A stretch of DNA of 64,000 bases from Dictyostelium discoideum. Lineage: Eukaryota. A program made the position numbers and the translations under genes. Below are positions 45,755 through 59,362 of the stretch, in pieces (the stretch's first letter is position 1; each line of letters begins with the position of its first letter). The notes under the pieces are model-generated. The model was not told the DNA's origin, searched no databases, and saw only the letters and a list, made by a program, of their open reading frames with translations. The DNA is taken from assembly GCA_000004695.1 (NCBI GenBank), contig CM000153.2:1600001-1664000 (forward strand). The letters run 5' to 3'.

Positions 45755-48700
45755 TTATTTTTTACTTTTATTTATAATTAGTTTTAATGCTGGTTTTGAG
45801 GATGATGAGGAGTTACTATTATTAGATGAAGATGAATTGGAAGATCTTGAACTACTACTACTACTACTATCATTATTACTACTTGAACTTTTTTTCATTT
45901 TATCATACAATGATTTTAATTCTTTACCACCACTTGCTGTATATTTTGAAGCTGAATACCATAAATGTGAATCTAAATCTTTAATATTTGCCGATTTCTT
46001 TTCATCTAAAATTATGCTAATCTCTTTACCAAGTGATAAAAGATATTTCTTTGTTTTTGAAACTTTTTCCTCTCTTGATATTTGAACTTTTGAATCTGAA
46101 AGTGATCTGAAATTCTCCAATAATTCTTTAATTGGTGATAAATATTGTTGACATTTTCTTAATAAATTTTTATCATAATATTTATCATCCTCTTCATCAC
46201 TTTCATGATTTTTATTACGTGATGATGATGATGATGATGATGAACTATTTGATGATCTACCTCTACCTCTTCCTCTACCACTATTGGAATCTTTATCTCT
46301 ATAATCATCGTCATCATCATCTGAATGGTGTTTACTATTTCTTGATGATTTTGAAGATGAGGTTGTAGTTGTAGTTGTTGTTGTAGTTGATTTTGATGGT
46401 GATCTTTCACCCATTTTATTTGGTGGAACTGATAATCTACCAAAACTAGTCTTTTTAGGTGAAAGAATTTCCTTTTGTAGCTCTTCACTCTTTATTCTCT
46501 TTTTGGTTCTAGTATTTTTGGTTTTTTCTTTTTTCTCCTCTTCTTCCATATAATCCTCATCATTGTCATTGTCTTTGTCATTGTCATCATCATCATCATC
46601 GTCAGAGTATTTATTATTTGTTGTCCTCTTTCTATTATTACTACTATTGTTATTATTATTATTATTATTATTATCACCATTATTATTTTCTTTAGTTTCT
46701 TTATTATTATGATTATTATTACTAACTTCTTTAATTTCTTTTGATTTTCTACCTCTTTTCTTTGGTATTTTAAATTCACCTTCTTCTTTTTCTTTAGTTT
46801 GTTTTGATGATTTTTTATTAGTAGTTTTTGAAATATCTTTTGCAGATTTTAATAAACTATCAACTCTTCTTTGTAATGCAGCACCTTTTAATTTATTTGA
46901 AGGTATTGGAACACCATTGGCATCGAGTAATGGTGCAGTGTTATCGATTTCAATGATATCACCAAATCCTAATGAAGTATCCTTTTGAATTGATTCCCAA
47001 TTACTAACACCATGTTTATAGATACCCATTAAGAGCATTGCATCTTCTTTTGGACCCCATTTAATTGTCCAACTGACTGGTCTAATTGGAAAAGTGACTC
47101 TAAATTGTTGATAATCCTTTATCCAAGGTTGACAAAGTTCAGCCAACACCTCCATATCTTGAATACGTTGAACAAATTCGGTTGCATTTATATCGGTACC
47201 ATTGTAAACAAGGTGAATCTTATCGGAATCTTGATTATCTCTAACTGCTTTTTCTGCAGCATCAATAATCTCTTTACAAATTTCTTCGGTAGGTCTAAGT
47301 GGTTTATTTTGGAAATCGGCATCAGCTAAAATCTCTCTACAACGTTTATGAGTTCCAAACTTTTTCAATGAACGAATTAAAATCTTTATCTCCTTTTTAT
47401 TGTAGATTTGATTGATATCTTTCTTTAATCTAGCAGTAATAACCACAGGATCCGATATATTTCTTGTAGGAGCTGTGGATGAAGAGGTTTCAGTTCTTCT
47501 TCTTGGTCCCAAAAGTAATAATTGATCCTTCTCCTCTTGAACGGCTTTTTGACGATCAGCATCGGGTATGATATCCTCCCAAGTTGCATTTTGTTGTTCC
47601 TCCTTTGAAGTGGTGGAAAAGTTTGCAACTCTAAATGAATTTAAAAGTTCTTCACCAGCTGTAGTTGAATCCGATGCCTCACGAGTTTCAGCTCTTGATA
47701 GAATTTCATCGATATCCATCTCTTCGATTGGATTTGCTTCTTCACCAGTCTCTTTGAATAACTCCTCGGCACCAAATTTTAAGATTGCTTCCAACTCCTC
47801 CTTATTGAATACATTTGAATTATTTGGAGTATTTGATTTTGCAGTTTGTGATTTCTCCATGGTTTGAATGACCAAATGATCGAGTACCATCTTTTGTTTT
47901 GCTCTCTCCAAGATATCCTCCTCGACCGAACTTTTTGAAACTAAACGATAAATATTTACATGATTTTTTTGACCAATACGATGAGCTCTAGCCTCTGCTT
48001 GTAAATCATTTTGTGGATTCCAATCTGAATCGAAAATGATAACTGTATCGGCTGTTGATAAATTAATACCTAAACCACCGGCTTTAGTGGAAAGTAAAAA
48101 ACAAAAATCTGGCGAATCCACGGCATTGAAACGATCCATAGCTTGACTTCTCTTTTCACGACTCATAGAGCCATCTAATCTTTGGAATTGGAATGAACGA
48201 CCTTTCAAATAGTCTGCTAAAATATCCAACATTCTAACCATTTGTGAAAATATTAAAACCCTATGACCAGTTTCCTTTAAACGAATCAGTAACTTATCCA
48301 AAAGTACCAATTTACCACTTGCCCTAATCATTGAATCCAACAGATCCTTGGCACCCAATTCGCACTCATCTCTTGCATTTTGATAAAGGTATGGATGATT
48401 ACAAGTCTTTTTTAGTTCGGTCATAATATTCAAAAGAGTAGTTTTCTCACCTTTACCTTTATTCAATTCTTGGAAATTCTTTGTTAAAATCCATTTATAA
48501 TATTTCTTTTGAACATTTGAAAGATCAACACGAAGAATACGTTCAGTTTTTGGCGGTAATGATTTCTCTACATCCTTTTTAATTCTACGAAGTAAATGAG
48601 GTTTTAAAACTGAATGAAGTTGTGCAATTTGATCATTCTCTTTTAAATCGGAATATTGGTCTTGAAAATCTTTTAGTGATGTGAATTTATTTGGCATTAA

Positions 48701-50451
48701 GAAGTTCAAAAGATTCCAAAGTTCTTTCAAAGAGTTTTGTAATGGTGTACCTGTTACTAATAATCTATTGGTGGTATTGTATAATTTCAATACTTCATGA
48801 AGTACTGATTCACTATTCTTTAAACGATGAGCTTCATCAACTGCTAAAAATTCCCACTTTATCGTACCCAATGTATTCTTATCCTTGAGAATGAAATCGT
48901 ATGTTGTTAAGAGTACATTGAAATTCAATTTCTTTTTACCTAATCTATTGGTGGTATAAAATTCATAGAGTCTAATGATATCTCTACTTTGACCGGTGCC
49001 AGTGTAAACAATGACATTCATTGCTGGTGCCCATTTTGCGAATTCTCTTTGCCAATTTTCAATTGTTGACAATGGAACCACCACTAAAAATGGACCTTTA
49101 ATGTCTTGTTCATTGAAAAGATAAGAAAGGAACGATATAGTTTGAATGGTTTTACCTAACCCCATTTCATCCGCTAGAATAACGTTGGTATTATTCATCC
49201 AACTATGCACCAACCAATTTAAACCCTCCATTTGATAATCACGTAATGTACCTGCTGAAATCCAAGATGGTTGAGTATCTAACTTTGTGAAACCTTGATC
49301 CAATCTCTTTTTGGCACTAATGGTATTGGCTTTCATTGGTGCATTTTGATTGTTTTGTTGGCGAATTAAAAATGTATCAATCTCTGTTTGAAATTCTGCA
49401 ATATCTTCTGGATACTCCCATGTTACCTCTGAATAAGCCAACACCTTCCATTTCACTAAATATTGTATATTCGATTTATATTCCGAACTGGATGCTGTTG
49501 TCGTGGTTGTTGTAGTCGTTGATTCACCAGTGGATGGATCGATTGCTGTTGTTGAATTTACAATTTGATCTCTTGATTGTGCAACCTCTCTTTGTGCAAT
49601 GACTCTCTCAACGATTGTATAATCTTGAATCTCTTGTTTCATCAACTCTTTGGTTATATCAGCTTGTTCTATATCCTCCTTAGAGGCTTCTTGTCTCCAT
49701 TGAATGTTATCCAATATACCTTTGACATAGTTTTGAAGTTTTTTATTACCTTTGAAATTATTTAAACTCTCATAAGCATCCCATGTATTATGAATATATG
49801 CCCAACCTTTCCATTTTACTAAAAATTCATAATCTTCAACATTAAATATCTCTGGTTCATTCTCACTACAATCTTTTTTCAATCTATGATCTAAAATCTT
49901 TTCAATTACATCTTCATCCGCTGGTTCATATATTAATGGTTTTGATGATGCTGTTGCTGCTGCTGTACTACTATTTGTAGTTTCACTTGTTGATAAACCA
50001 CTACCACTACCACCACCTCCACCACTACCATCTTCACCTTCTTCATCATCACTATTAAATATTGAAAAATCTATATTACCACTACCACGCGTTCTTAAAT
50101 TTAAATGAGTTATTGTACTTTCTTCATCTGATTCTGTTTTATTTTTTCCTTTTTTTTTTTTTTAATTTAAAATATATTAGAAAAATTATAATCATTATTA
50201 TTTATTATTATTTATTATTTATTATTTATATTTACTCTTTGTTCTTTTTGATTTCTTATTTTTTTTATCATTATCAGAATAATCTTCATCACTTGAACTT
50301 GATGAAGAGAAAACATTATTTACAAATTGATCACCATCACTACCATTACTTTCTTCTTCTGAATCTATCGCTGCTTTACCTCTACGTGCTCTTGTTGCTG
50401 GTATAGTCCAATTCTCTTTTTGGAAATTATTTCCTTTTCTTTTCCTACCAT
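45755..50451 (-). CDS. CHD1-type chromodomain-helicase-DNA-binding chromatin remodeller (tandem chromodomains, SNF2 ATPase, helicase-C, DUF4208 C-terminus). At least two exons: about 50451..50236 and about 50148..45755. The 5' end is uncertain
   Basis: Track ORF 45755..49882 contains 'IEKILDHR...FLVKWKGWAYIHNTWD' (chromodomain 1), 'YLVKWKVLAYSEVTWEYPEDI' (chromodomain 2), 'LRDYQMEGLNWLVHSWMNNTNVILADEMGLGKTIQT...DEAHRLKN' (SNF2 motifs I-II), 'LIFSQMVRMLDILADYL...GGLGINLSTADTVIIFDSDWNPQNDLQAEARAHRIGQ' (helicase-C) and the C-terminal 'LSPIKELLENFRSLSDSKVQISREEKVSKTKKYLLSLGKEISI' (DUF4208). The frame stays open upstream to an AG acceptor near 50133-50149. A 5' exon (about 50236-50451) encodes 'NGRKRKGNNFQKENWTIPATRARRGKAAIDSEEESNGSDGDQFVNNVFSSSSSSDEDYSDNDKKNKKSKRTK', ending at a GTAAAT donor. 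The only nearby ATG (about 50449-50451) is out of frame with this exon by 1 nt in my reading. Confidence 0.75.
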
Positions 50452-50474
50452 TTGTTTGTTTTTCTATTTATTTA

Positions 50475-50528
<54 letters not shown>

Positions 50529-50548
50529 TTAGTTATTCATTTCTATTA

Positions 50549-51189
50549 TTATTTGTTGTTGGAGTATATATATATATATATATATTCTTTCACATATTTA
50601 ATATTACTTTTCTTTTTATTTGGTTCATAATCTGAATCTGATTCTGATTCTTCTGAATCTGATTCTGAATATGTTATTCTCTTTGCCTGTCTACCAGATC
50701 TTGTTGTTGTTGTTGTAGTTGAAGCAGTTTGTTTTCTTCCTCCTCCTCCTCTCTTTTTCTTTGTATATACATCGTCATCGTCGGTGTCTGATTCATAATC
50801 TTCCTCTGATTGTTCCTCTGATTCACTTGGTTCGTAATCTGAATCATTATCTTTACCACTTTGTTCCTCCTCGACATCCTCTTCACTTTCAAAATCTGAA
50901 TCCACTTTTTTAACCATTGTAGATTTCTTTTTATTAACTGGTTGAAGTTCTTCCTCTGATTCAGATGCTAATTGTTGTGTTAAAACTTTGTTTCTTTGTT
51001 TATTAGGTGTATCTTCTTGACTCTCTGATTCTTCTTCTGAACTTGATGATTCTGATGATGATTCTGATGATGATGATTCATTCCCTTTAAAATTTGAAAT
51101 ATCTTTTTTTAAACCATTATTATTATTATTAATATTATTATTATTATTATTATTATTACTATTATTATTGGGTATTGTTTGATTAAAAA

Positions 51190-51227
<38 letters not shown>

Positions 51228-51486
51228 CTATTGCTATTGTTATTATAATTAATATTACTATTATTGTTGTTAAAATTATTTATATTGTTATTTGGAATTT
51301 GAGTGGTTTGATGTAATTGCTGCTGTAATGGTTGCAATGTTTGTAATGTTTGTAATGGTTGAAAAGATTGTAATGGTTGAAGTGTTGGTTGAGAAAACAT
51401 TGAATTTGATTGTGTTGGTGGTAATGGGTTGAAAAGTGGAGATGTAATTGTATTTACCATATTATTATTATTATTATTATTATTTA

Positions 51487-51528
<42 letters not shown>

Positions 51529-51739
51529 TACTATTTCCAAAACCACTACCCAACATTGAATTGATACCCATACCAGGTGTTGTTGAAAAAGGAGATTGCA
51601 TATTTGGTGGGGTTTGTTGTTGTAACGGAGGTGGTGTATACAATGATTGAGGTTGATATTGATTCAATATTGGTGGTACCCCATATCCATTATTATTATT
51701 ATTATTATTATTGTTATAATTATAATTATTATTACTCAT
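50549..51739 (-). CDS. Low-complexity Asn/Gln/Pro-rich protein with an acidic Ser/Glu/Asp-rich C-terminal third. Function unknown, 396 aa
   Basis: Track ORF with ATG ('MSNNNYNYNNNN...GYGVPPILNQYQPQSLYTPPPLQQQTPPNMQSP...'), then 'QPLQSFQPLQTLQTLQPLQQQ'. The acidic tail is '...SSSESSSESSSSEEESESQEDTPNKQRNK...DSDYEPSESEEQSEEDYESDTDDDDVYTKKKRGGGGRKQ'. The C-terminal 'EYIYIYIYSNNK' reads through a (TA)n tract, so the true 3' end could involve a splice I cannot confirm. Confidence 0.45.
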
Positions 51740-52004
51740 TATATTATTATTATCAATTATTATTGTAATTTAAAAAAAAAAAATAAATAAACCATAAAAA
51801 TATATGTTATATACGCTAACTGATTTAAAAATTATTTTGATCTAAAAATAGATTATCTGATTTTTTTTAATATTTTTTTTTATTAGTTTTTTTTTTTTTT
51901 TTTAATTACATATAATTTTATTTTAATTTATTTTTTAAAATATTATTATTATTATTTTTTTTTTTTGTTTAGGTACCTTTTTTTAAAAAAAAAAATTTTT
52001 TCTT

Positions 52005-52046
<42 letters not shown>

Positions 52047-52471
52047 TTAAACAATATCAAACTAATGAACATATCAAAGAATTAAAATTATATATGAAAA
52101 ACAAAAAAAAAAAAAAATTAAAAAAAATTAAAAAAAATTAAAAAAAAAAAAAAATTAAAAATTAAAAAATTAAAAATTAAAAAAAAAATTTAAAAAAATA
52201 AAAAAAAAAAAAAATTAAAAAAAATAAAAAAAAAAATAAAAAAAATAAAATATATCCGTTAAAATGATAATTTCCAATTCTTTTTTTGGTTTTAAAAATG
52301 ATTATTATTCTAATTTATATCATTACTATATTTTTTTTAAAATAAATAAATAAATATATATATATAAATAAAGCAAAATAAAATTATTTATAAATAAATA
52401 AAAAAATGAATATAATTTTATTATTTTTTTATTTTTTTTATTTTTTTTTTTTTTAACAAAAGCAAACCACC

Positions 52472-52566
<95 letters not shown>

Positions 52567-52571
52567 TTTAT

Positions 52572-52996
52572 TTATTTATTATCCATTATTTTTGATAATA
52601 ATTTATTAATTTGGTTTGACATAATTGGTTGACCTTTTTTAGTTTTCTTTAAAATTGAACCAAATTTTTCTTTATTTTTTTCATGGATATGTTTTCTTAA
52701 TTTTTCTTTTTTCTCTGCCATTTGTTTGAAAAATTCTTGTTTCTCTTTTTTCTCTTTTTCAAATTGATATTTTGCATTTTTAAATTGTGCTTGAATTGAA
52801 GGTTCTTCTTTATCTTTATTATTATTACTATTATCCTTTTTAGTATCATCTTCATTATCACCATCTTTTTTATTTTTATTTAAATTATTGCCATCACCAC
52901 TTTTTATATTTTTTTTTTCTTTATTATTATTATTTTTATTATTTTTATCATCTTGTACAATATCACTATCATTATTTACATTTTCATCTTGTTCAT

Positions 52997-53027
<31 letters not shown>

Positions 53028-53456
53028 TTTATTATTATTATTTCTTTTTTTATTTTCCAACTTTGAATATTTTGAATCATCACCAACACCAAATCTAGAC
53101 ATTGGGTCATTATCTTGATATTGTTCATAAATATCTGTCATATTTGAATTATTTTCTAATTTTTTACTAAATTTATCATATTTTGTTTTAAAACTTTTTT
53201 CTTTATTATGTAATTCAATTTCTAATTTAGTTTATTTAAAAAAAAAAAAAAAAAAAGGGGTGTGTTAAAAAATTATAAATATTTAAATTAACTTATATAT
53301 ATATAATATAACAATCTTACTTTTTTTAGAAACATAAACTTTATTTCTTTCATTTGCAAATCTTCCAATTGACAATCTTGATGAATCTTCTTTTTCACCT
53401 TTACCCAATCTGGCTCTTTGTGTGAAAATCTTTTTTTTATCTCTATTACTACTCAT
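52572..53456 (-). CDS. Lys/Asn/Asp-rich charged protein, possibly nucleolar-type. Two exons: 53456..53321 and 53221..52572, about 261 aa
   Basis: Exon 1 reads 'MSSNRDKKKIFTQRARLGKGEKEDSSRLSIGRFANERNKVYVSKK', with a GTAAGA donor at 53320. A 98-nt AT-rich intron ends in AAATTAG. Exon 2 reads 'KIELHNKEKSFKTKYDKFSKKLENNSNMTDIYEQYQDNDPMSRFGVGDD...' in frame with track ORF 52572..53141, ending '...KEKFGSILKKTKKGQPIMSNQINKLLSKIMDNK*'. Confidence 0.5.
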
Positions 53457-53716
53457 TCTTAAAATAATTATTATAATTAGTTTTCTCGTTTTTATTAAAA
53501 ATGATTTTTTCGAATTTTTTTTTATTTTTTATACTTTTTTTTTTTTTTAAATTTTTTTTTTTAAATTTTTTATTTTTTATTTTAATTTTTTTTTTAATTT
53601 TCAATATTCCCACCCCTTTTTTTTTTTATATTTGTTTTTTTTATAATTTCCAATGGAACTTGCATTTTAATTGTGCATTTTAAAAAAAAAACAAAATTTA
53701 TGTAATAAATAATAAA

Positions 53717-55898
53717 ATGACAAATCCAAATCAATTCATAATAGACGCATTAGAATTAATAATCAAAAATAGGAGTAGTTATCATTTTCAAAGGAATTTA
53801 AAAGTAGCAATTGATAGTATTAAATTATACCCAATGCCACTGAAAACAAAAGATGATATTAAACTTTTAAGAGGGTGTGGTCCGACAATTGTTGATATCA
53901 TTTTTCAAATAATTCAAAGTAATAAAAATAATAATAATAATAATAATAATAACAATAACAATAACAATAATAATAATATTACCAATAATAACAATAGTGA
54001 TGGTGGTATTCCAAAAGAACTTGAAAATTGTAAATTTCATTTATTATTATTATTTATTATTATTATTTTTTTTCTTATTAAATAATAATATTAATAATTA
54101 TAAATATTTTAAATATGTCTATAGATATAGCACCAGAATCAGTAAAAGAATTTTTAATATCAATTGATCAAAGTTTTGTTCAATATTTACCAAAACTTGA
54201 AGAAGCAGGTTATAATAAATTAAATTTCTTAAAGAATTTAAATGAAAAGGCTATGGATAAATTATCAATACCATTAGGTCACCAAACACCAATATTAGAA
54301 AATGCGAAAATTTTAAAATGTATTATTATTATTTATAAACCTAAATTTCAATTTATAATTCCATTTAAAACAAATACTAACTAACCTAATTCTATATTAT
54401 TATTATTAAAATTATATAAAAGTATACTATGATTATACAAAACTAAATAATAATAGTAATAATATTATTAATAATTATAGTTTAGATGGTAATATGATAA
54501 CTTTAATTGGTAAACCATATATTGATATTGACGATTTAAAAAAGAAATGTTCAGAAGATGTTTTTTTAAAAGCATTAAGTTCATTATTTAATCATAAGAT
54601 TAAGACGATACATGTTGAACATAATGAAATAACAGCAATCACTGAAAGTCATTCAATTCCTAATACAACATATAAAATTAGATTTGAAATTTCACCTGAT
54701 GGTACAATAGTTAGAGATCATTGCGAATGTAGATATCTAAATAGTACAAGATGGTGTAAACATAAAGTATCAGTATTTTTAATATTTAATGAAAATACTG
54801 GTGAAAGAGGTAAAAGACTATATTGTCAATCAACTTCACCAACATCACCAACATCACCAACTTCACCAACATCACCAACATCACCAACCCCACCAAAGCC
54901 ATCAAGACCAGTAACGAAATTATCACCAATTACAAGCTTAACATCTAAAAAATCCCCAAATAATAATAATAATAAAAAAGAATATACACCAGCACATAGA
55001 TCAGGAGCATGGGCAATTTTACTTGCATTATATGATAATGAAATATCAAATGGTAATGATAATGATAGAGGTAAAAGATACCTTTTAAAAGAAGAAATAT
55101 TAAGTAATGGTAATAAGTATCTTTCATCTGGTAGAATGGATACAGGTGGACATTGGCTTTCGAATAAAACATTAATTGATCATAATTTAATTAGTAAATC
55201 TGGTTCACCACTTCAATTTATATTAACAAAAACAGGTTATGAATTAGCAAGAAAATTGAAATCATTTGAAGATAGTTCCACTGATAATAAAAATAAAGAT
55301 GATTGTGATAATAATAACATTGATAATGATAATGGTAGTAATAGTAGTAAAGATGAAGGTAGTGATGAAAGTTGTGATAATGATAATCAAATAACTATCA
55401 CTACAATTGATAAAAGAAATCCCAATTGGAAAACACAATTAAAAAATAAAACCAATAATATTAATAATAATAATAATAATAATAATACAAATATTGTTAA
55501 AAATAATAATAATAACAATAATAATAATAATAATAATAATAATAGTAATAATAAAAATAATAAACGTCGTGATAGTGATAATAATGATAATTTTAGTAAT
55601 GGTAGTGAAGAACGATTATTTTTAGAAAGGGAATTATTTAATGAAAATTGGAGTGATTCTGATGAAGAGTTAACTCAATTTATGGTTGATAATACAGTGT
55701 TTCCAAATTCAAAGGTTAAAGAATTATTATATAATGAAAGGGAGGTAATAATTGATAATGTTTTATTAATTGTAGATAATAGAGAAGTAATGGATAAAGA
55801 TCAATCAGATTTATTGGATAAACTTAGAAGTTCAAATATTCAACTTGAAATTAGAAAATTACCAATTGGTGATTTCATTTTCATTGCAAAATGTAGAT

Positions 55899-55929
<31 letters not shown>

Positions 55930-55949
55930 TGATAATGATAATGATGATA

Positions 55950-55981
<32 letters not shown>

Positions 55982-56680
55982 GATATTGTTATAAATAGAG
56001 AACCATTTGAATTAATGTATGATATAATAATTGAAAGAAAGAAATTAGCAGATTTAGTATCATCTAGAAAGGATGGTAGATATAGAGAACAAAAACAAAG
56101 AATAAAAACATTGAAAAAGTTTGGATTGACAAATGCAATCTATTTGATTGAAGGTGACAATTCAAATGGTGCAATTCATACAGATATTTATGAAGACTCA
56201 ATAATGGAGACATTGATAGAGGATGAATTCATAGTTCAATTAACTGATGGATTGGATTTAACAAAAGAGTATCTTTTGAATCTTTATGATCATTTCAAGA
56301 AATCAAAGTATCGGTCACTTTCGACATTAAGATTCGCAGATTATGAACAAATTCAACAAGTATCATGTTCAATGAAATTAAAAGATTTATTCGCTCTACA
56401 ATTACTTCAAATCGATGGTGTTACACCTCCAAAAGCAAAAGCAATCATTAATAAATACCCAACACCAAGACATTTGGTTGAAGCTTATAATAATTTAATT
56501 AATGAAATTGAAACAAGTGATGAGGAAACTTTAAATCAATCAAAAAATTCTCAAGATAAACTATTGGAAAATTTAACTTATTCTCAAAGATTTAATGGTA
56601 AAAAATTAAAAATTGGTCATGACATTTCAAAATTAATTTCAATTCTTTATAATGATGAAAATCAATATCAATTTGATTGA
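53717..56680 (+). CDS. mus81: MUS81 structure-specific endonuclease catalytic subunit (ERCC4/XPF-family nuclease, N-terminal HhH, winged helix). Three exons: 53717..54029, 54125..54319, 54486..56680, about 964 aa
   Basis: Exon 1 reads 'MTNPNQFIIDALELIIKNRSSYHFQRNLKVAIDSIKLYPMPLKTKDDIKLLRGCGPTIVDIIFQ'. Human MUS81 has 'NPLFVRWLTEW...[35 protein letters not shown]'. Exon 3 has the winged helix 'YTPAHRSGAWAILLALYDN' (human 'YWPARHSGARVILLVLYRE'). It has 'LPIGDFIFIAK' (human 'LHVGDFVWVAQ'). It has the catalytic ERK signature 'YDIIIERKKLADLVSSRKDGRYREQKQRI' (human '[29 protein letters not shown]'). It has the C-terminal HhH 'LQLLQIDGVTPPKAKAIINKYPTPRHLVEAY'. Donors are GTAAAT (54030) and GTATTA (54320); both 195-nt exon 2 and the exon 1 to 3 junction keep phase 1. 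Confidence 0.8.
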
Positions 56681-56727
56681 AAAAAAAAAAAAAATTGATT
56701 TAATTATTAAATTTTTATTTTTATTTT

Positions 56728-56761
<34 letters not shown>

Positions 56762-56951
56762 TTGTAAATATTTAAAATAAAATAAATAAAAAAATAAAAA
56801 AAAAAAAAGATAAAAAAATAGATTTATTTTTTATTAATAAATTAATTTATGTATAAAAAAAAAAAAAGTTTTTTTTATTTTTTTAATTTTTTAAATCTCG
56901 TGTGTCTTTTAATTTATGAATTGAGTTTACAGATCGGGTAAATCGAAATCT

Positions 56952-56990
<39 letters not shown>

Positions 56991-57073
56991 GGTTAATTAA
57001 TTAACCAAATTAATTAATTTAAAATTTTTTCCACCACCTTTTTTTAAAAAAAATTGGTTCCATATGTGGGGGG

Positions 57074-57117
<44 letters not shown>

Positions 57118-57370
57118 GAAAATAAAAAAAAATTAAAAAAAAATTCAAAAAAAAATATATTTTCATTTTTTAAAAGAACGAAAGTTTAACAACAACGACT
57201 TTTTTGATTGATTCAATTCAAATAATAACAATTTTTCAAAATTAGATTGCGAGTTGTTTTATTTTGGAAATGATAATTAATCTACATGCAGCAAAAATAG
57301 CAACAATACGAATCTTTTTTTTTTCATTCTTATTTTTATTTTTTTTTTTTTAAATTTTTTATACATTTTT

Positions 57371-57407
<37 letters not shown>

Positions 57408-57903
57408 TTTTTGGGAAAAGAAAAGCAAAATAATAAAAAAGAAAATATTTTGATCAATTGATATAATAAAATTTTGTGTAAAAACCTACTGGGGCTTTTA
57501 ATTTTTTTTATTTTTTTCTATTTTTATAATTATAAAAAAAATAATAAAAAAAAAAAAAAAAAAAAATCTTGGAACCCCACCCACACCTAACTATTTTTAT
57601 TTTTTTTTTATTTTTATTTTTATTTTTATTTTTTTTTTTAATTTTTGTAATATTCAAAAAAAAAAAAATAATAAAAAAAAAAAAATAATAAAAAAAAAAA
57701 AAAAAAAAAAAAAAATAAATAATTGAAATTAATAAAAAAAATTAAATTAAATTATAAAAAAAAAAAAAAAAAATATTTTATTTATATATAAACCATCACC
57801 ATCACACGTAATACAAAAATAAAAAAAGTTGTACCCACACACAAACACACACATACCACCAACCAATCTTATTTTGCTTTATTTTATTTATTATTTTTTT
57901 TTT

Positions 57904-57934
<31 letters not shown>

Positions 57935-58454
57935 TTAAAAATAGGGTGGAAAGGAATTAATTTTAGTTAATAAAATCATCAAAAAATCATACTATCACCA
58001 TTTATCTAATAATTAACAAAATCATTTAATAATATTTTTTAATTTGTTTTTGTTTTTTTTTTTTTTTTTTTTTTTTCTTTTTTTGTTTTGTTTTATTTTT
58101 TTTTAAAAAAAAAAATTTCCTATACAATACACACCCACACTTAATTATAATTTATATAAATAATAAAATTTTATTTCAAATTTTTTTTTTAATTTAATTT
58201 TTGTTTTTTTTTTATTTTTTACATACACACCATTTCACACTCTATCTATTTTATCTTGGCATCATCAAAATCCAACAATAAGTCTCCATAATAATAATAA
58301 TAATAATAAATAATTTTTTTGTTTAAAATATATTAAAAAAAAACATTTATTATTAATTTTAAAATTATATATTAAAAAAAAAAACAAAATATTATTACCT
58401 TATATATCACATTAAAAACTACCATATATTCACGCAAATAATAATAATAATAGT

Positions 58455-58487
<33 letters not shown>

Positions 58488-58785
58488 ATTTATCCTTCAA
58501 CCATTATTATTATTAGGAAAATATAACAATATCACAATTTTTTAAAATTTATTTATTCAAATTATTTATTATTCAACAACACCAAAATAATAATTTTTTT
58601 TTTTTTTTTCTTTTTCCTTTTTCATATTATACACAATAATAATAAATATAGTATTTTAAAACCATTATTTCTTTTAAACTTTTTTTTTTTTTTTCTTCAA
58701 AGATTAACTTTTGTAATATAAAATAAATAAATAAATAAATAATAAATAAATAAATCAATGATAATAAAAATAAAATTAAAAGAAA

Positions 58786-58817
<32 letters not shown>

Positions 58818-58818
<1 letters not shown>

Positions 58819-59324
58819 TGACAGAATTAAATAGTAATAATAATAATACGGAAAACATAGAAAACCAACAAAATAATAATAATAATACCAATAATGCAGT
58901 TGTATTTGGATCAAAATATAAACATAATTTAAGATCCACAGTTTCGATTGAAAGAACACCAAATAAATATAGTGATATAATTGATGTAAGTGTAATCTAA
59001 CAATTCTTTTTTATTGTTTTTCAATTTCAATAATTTCTAAAAAAACAAACAAACAAATAATTTAGTTACTATTATCACCAGATTTAGAGATTGTGTCATC
59101 ATTATGTTCGACAACATTAGTTAGAGAAACAGTACCAAATTCAGTTCATATATCAGAATATTTAATTGTTTTTTTCGAATATCATTGTAATTTAAAATCA
59201 TCATATATATTAAAATGGGCTATCGATAAAGAAATTGAAAATACATGTATGTCAAAAAACAAAAAACAAAAAACAAAAAACAAAAAACAAAAAACAAAAA
59301 ACAAAAACAAAAAACTAAAACCTA

Positions 59325-59362
<38 letters not shown>

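Noticed and set aside
53717-54085. Reading MUS81 exon 1 through to the stop at 54085 (track ORF ending ...ENCKFHLLLLFIIIIFFLIK*)
   Set aside because: A GTAAAT donor at 54030 and an acceptor at 54124 give an in-phase continuation into a stop-free 195-nt exon, and then into the nuclease exon. The unspliced tail is a poly-Leu/Ile translation of AT-rich intron sequence.
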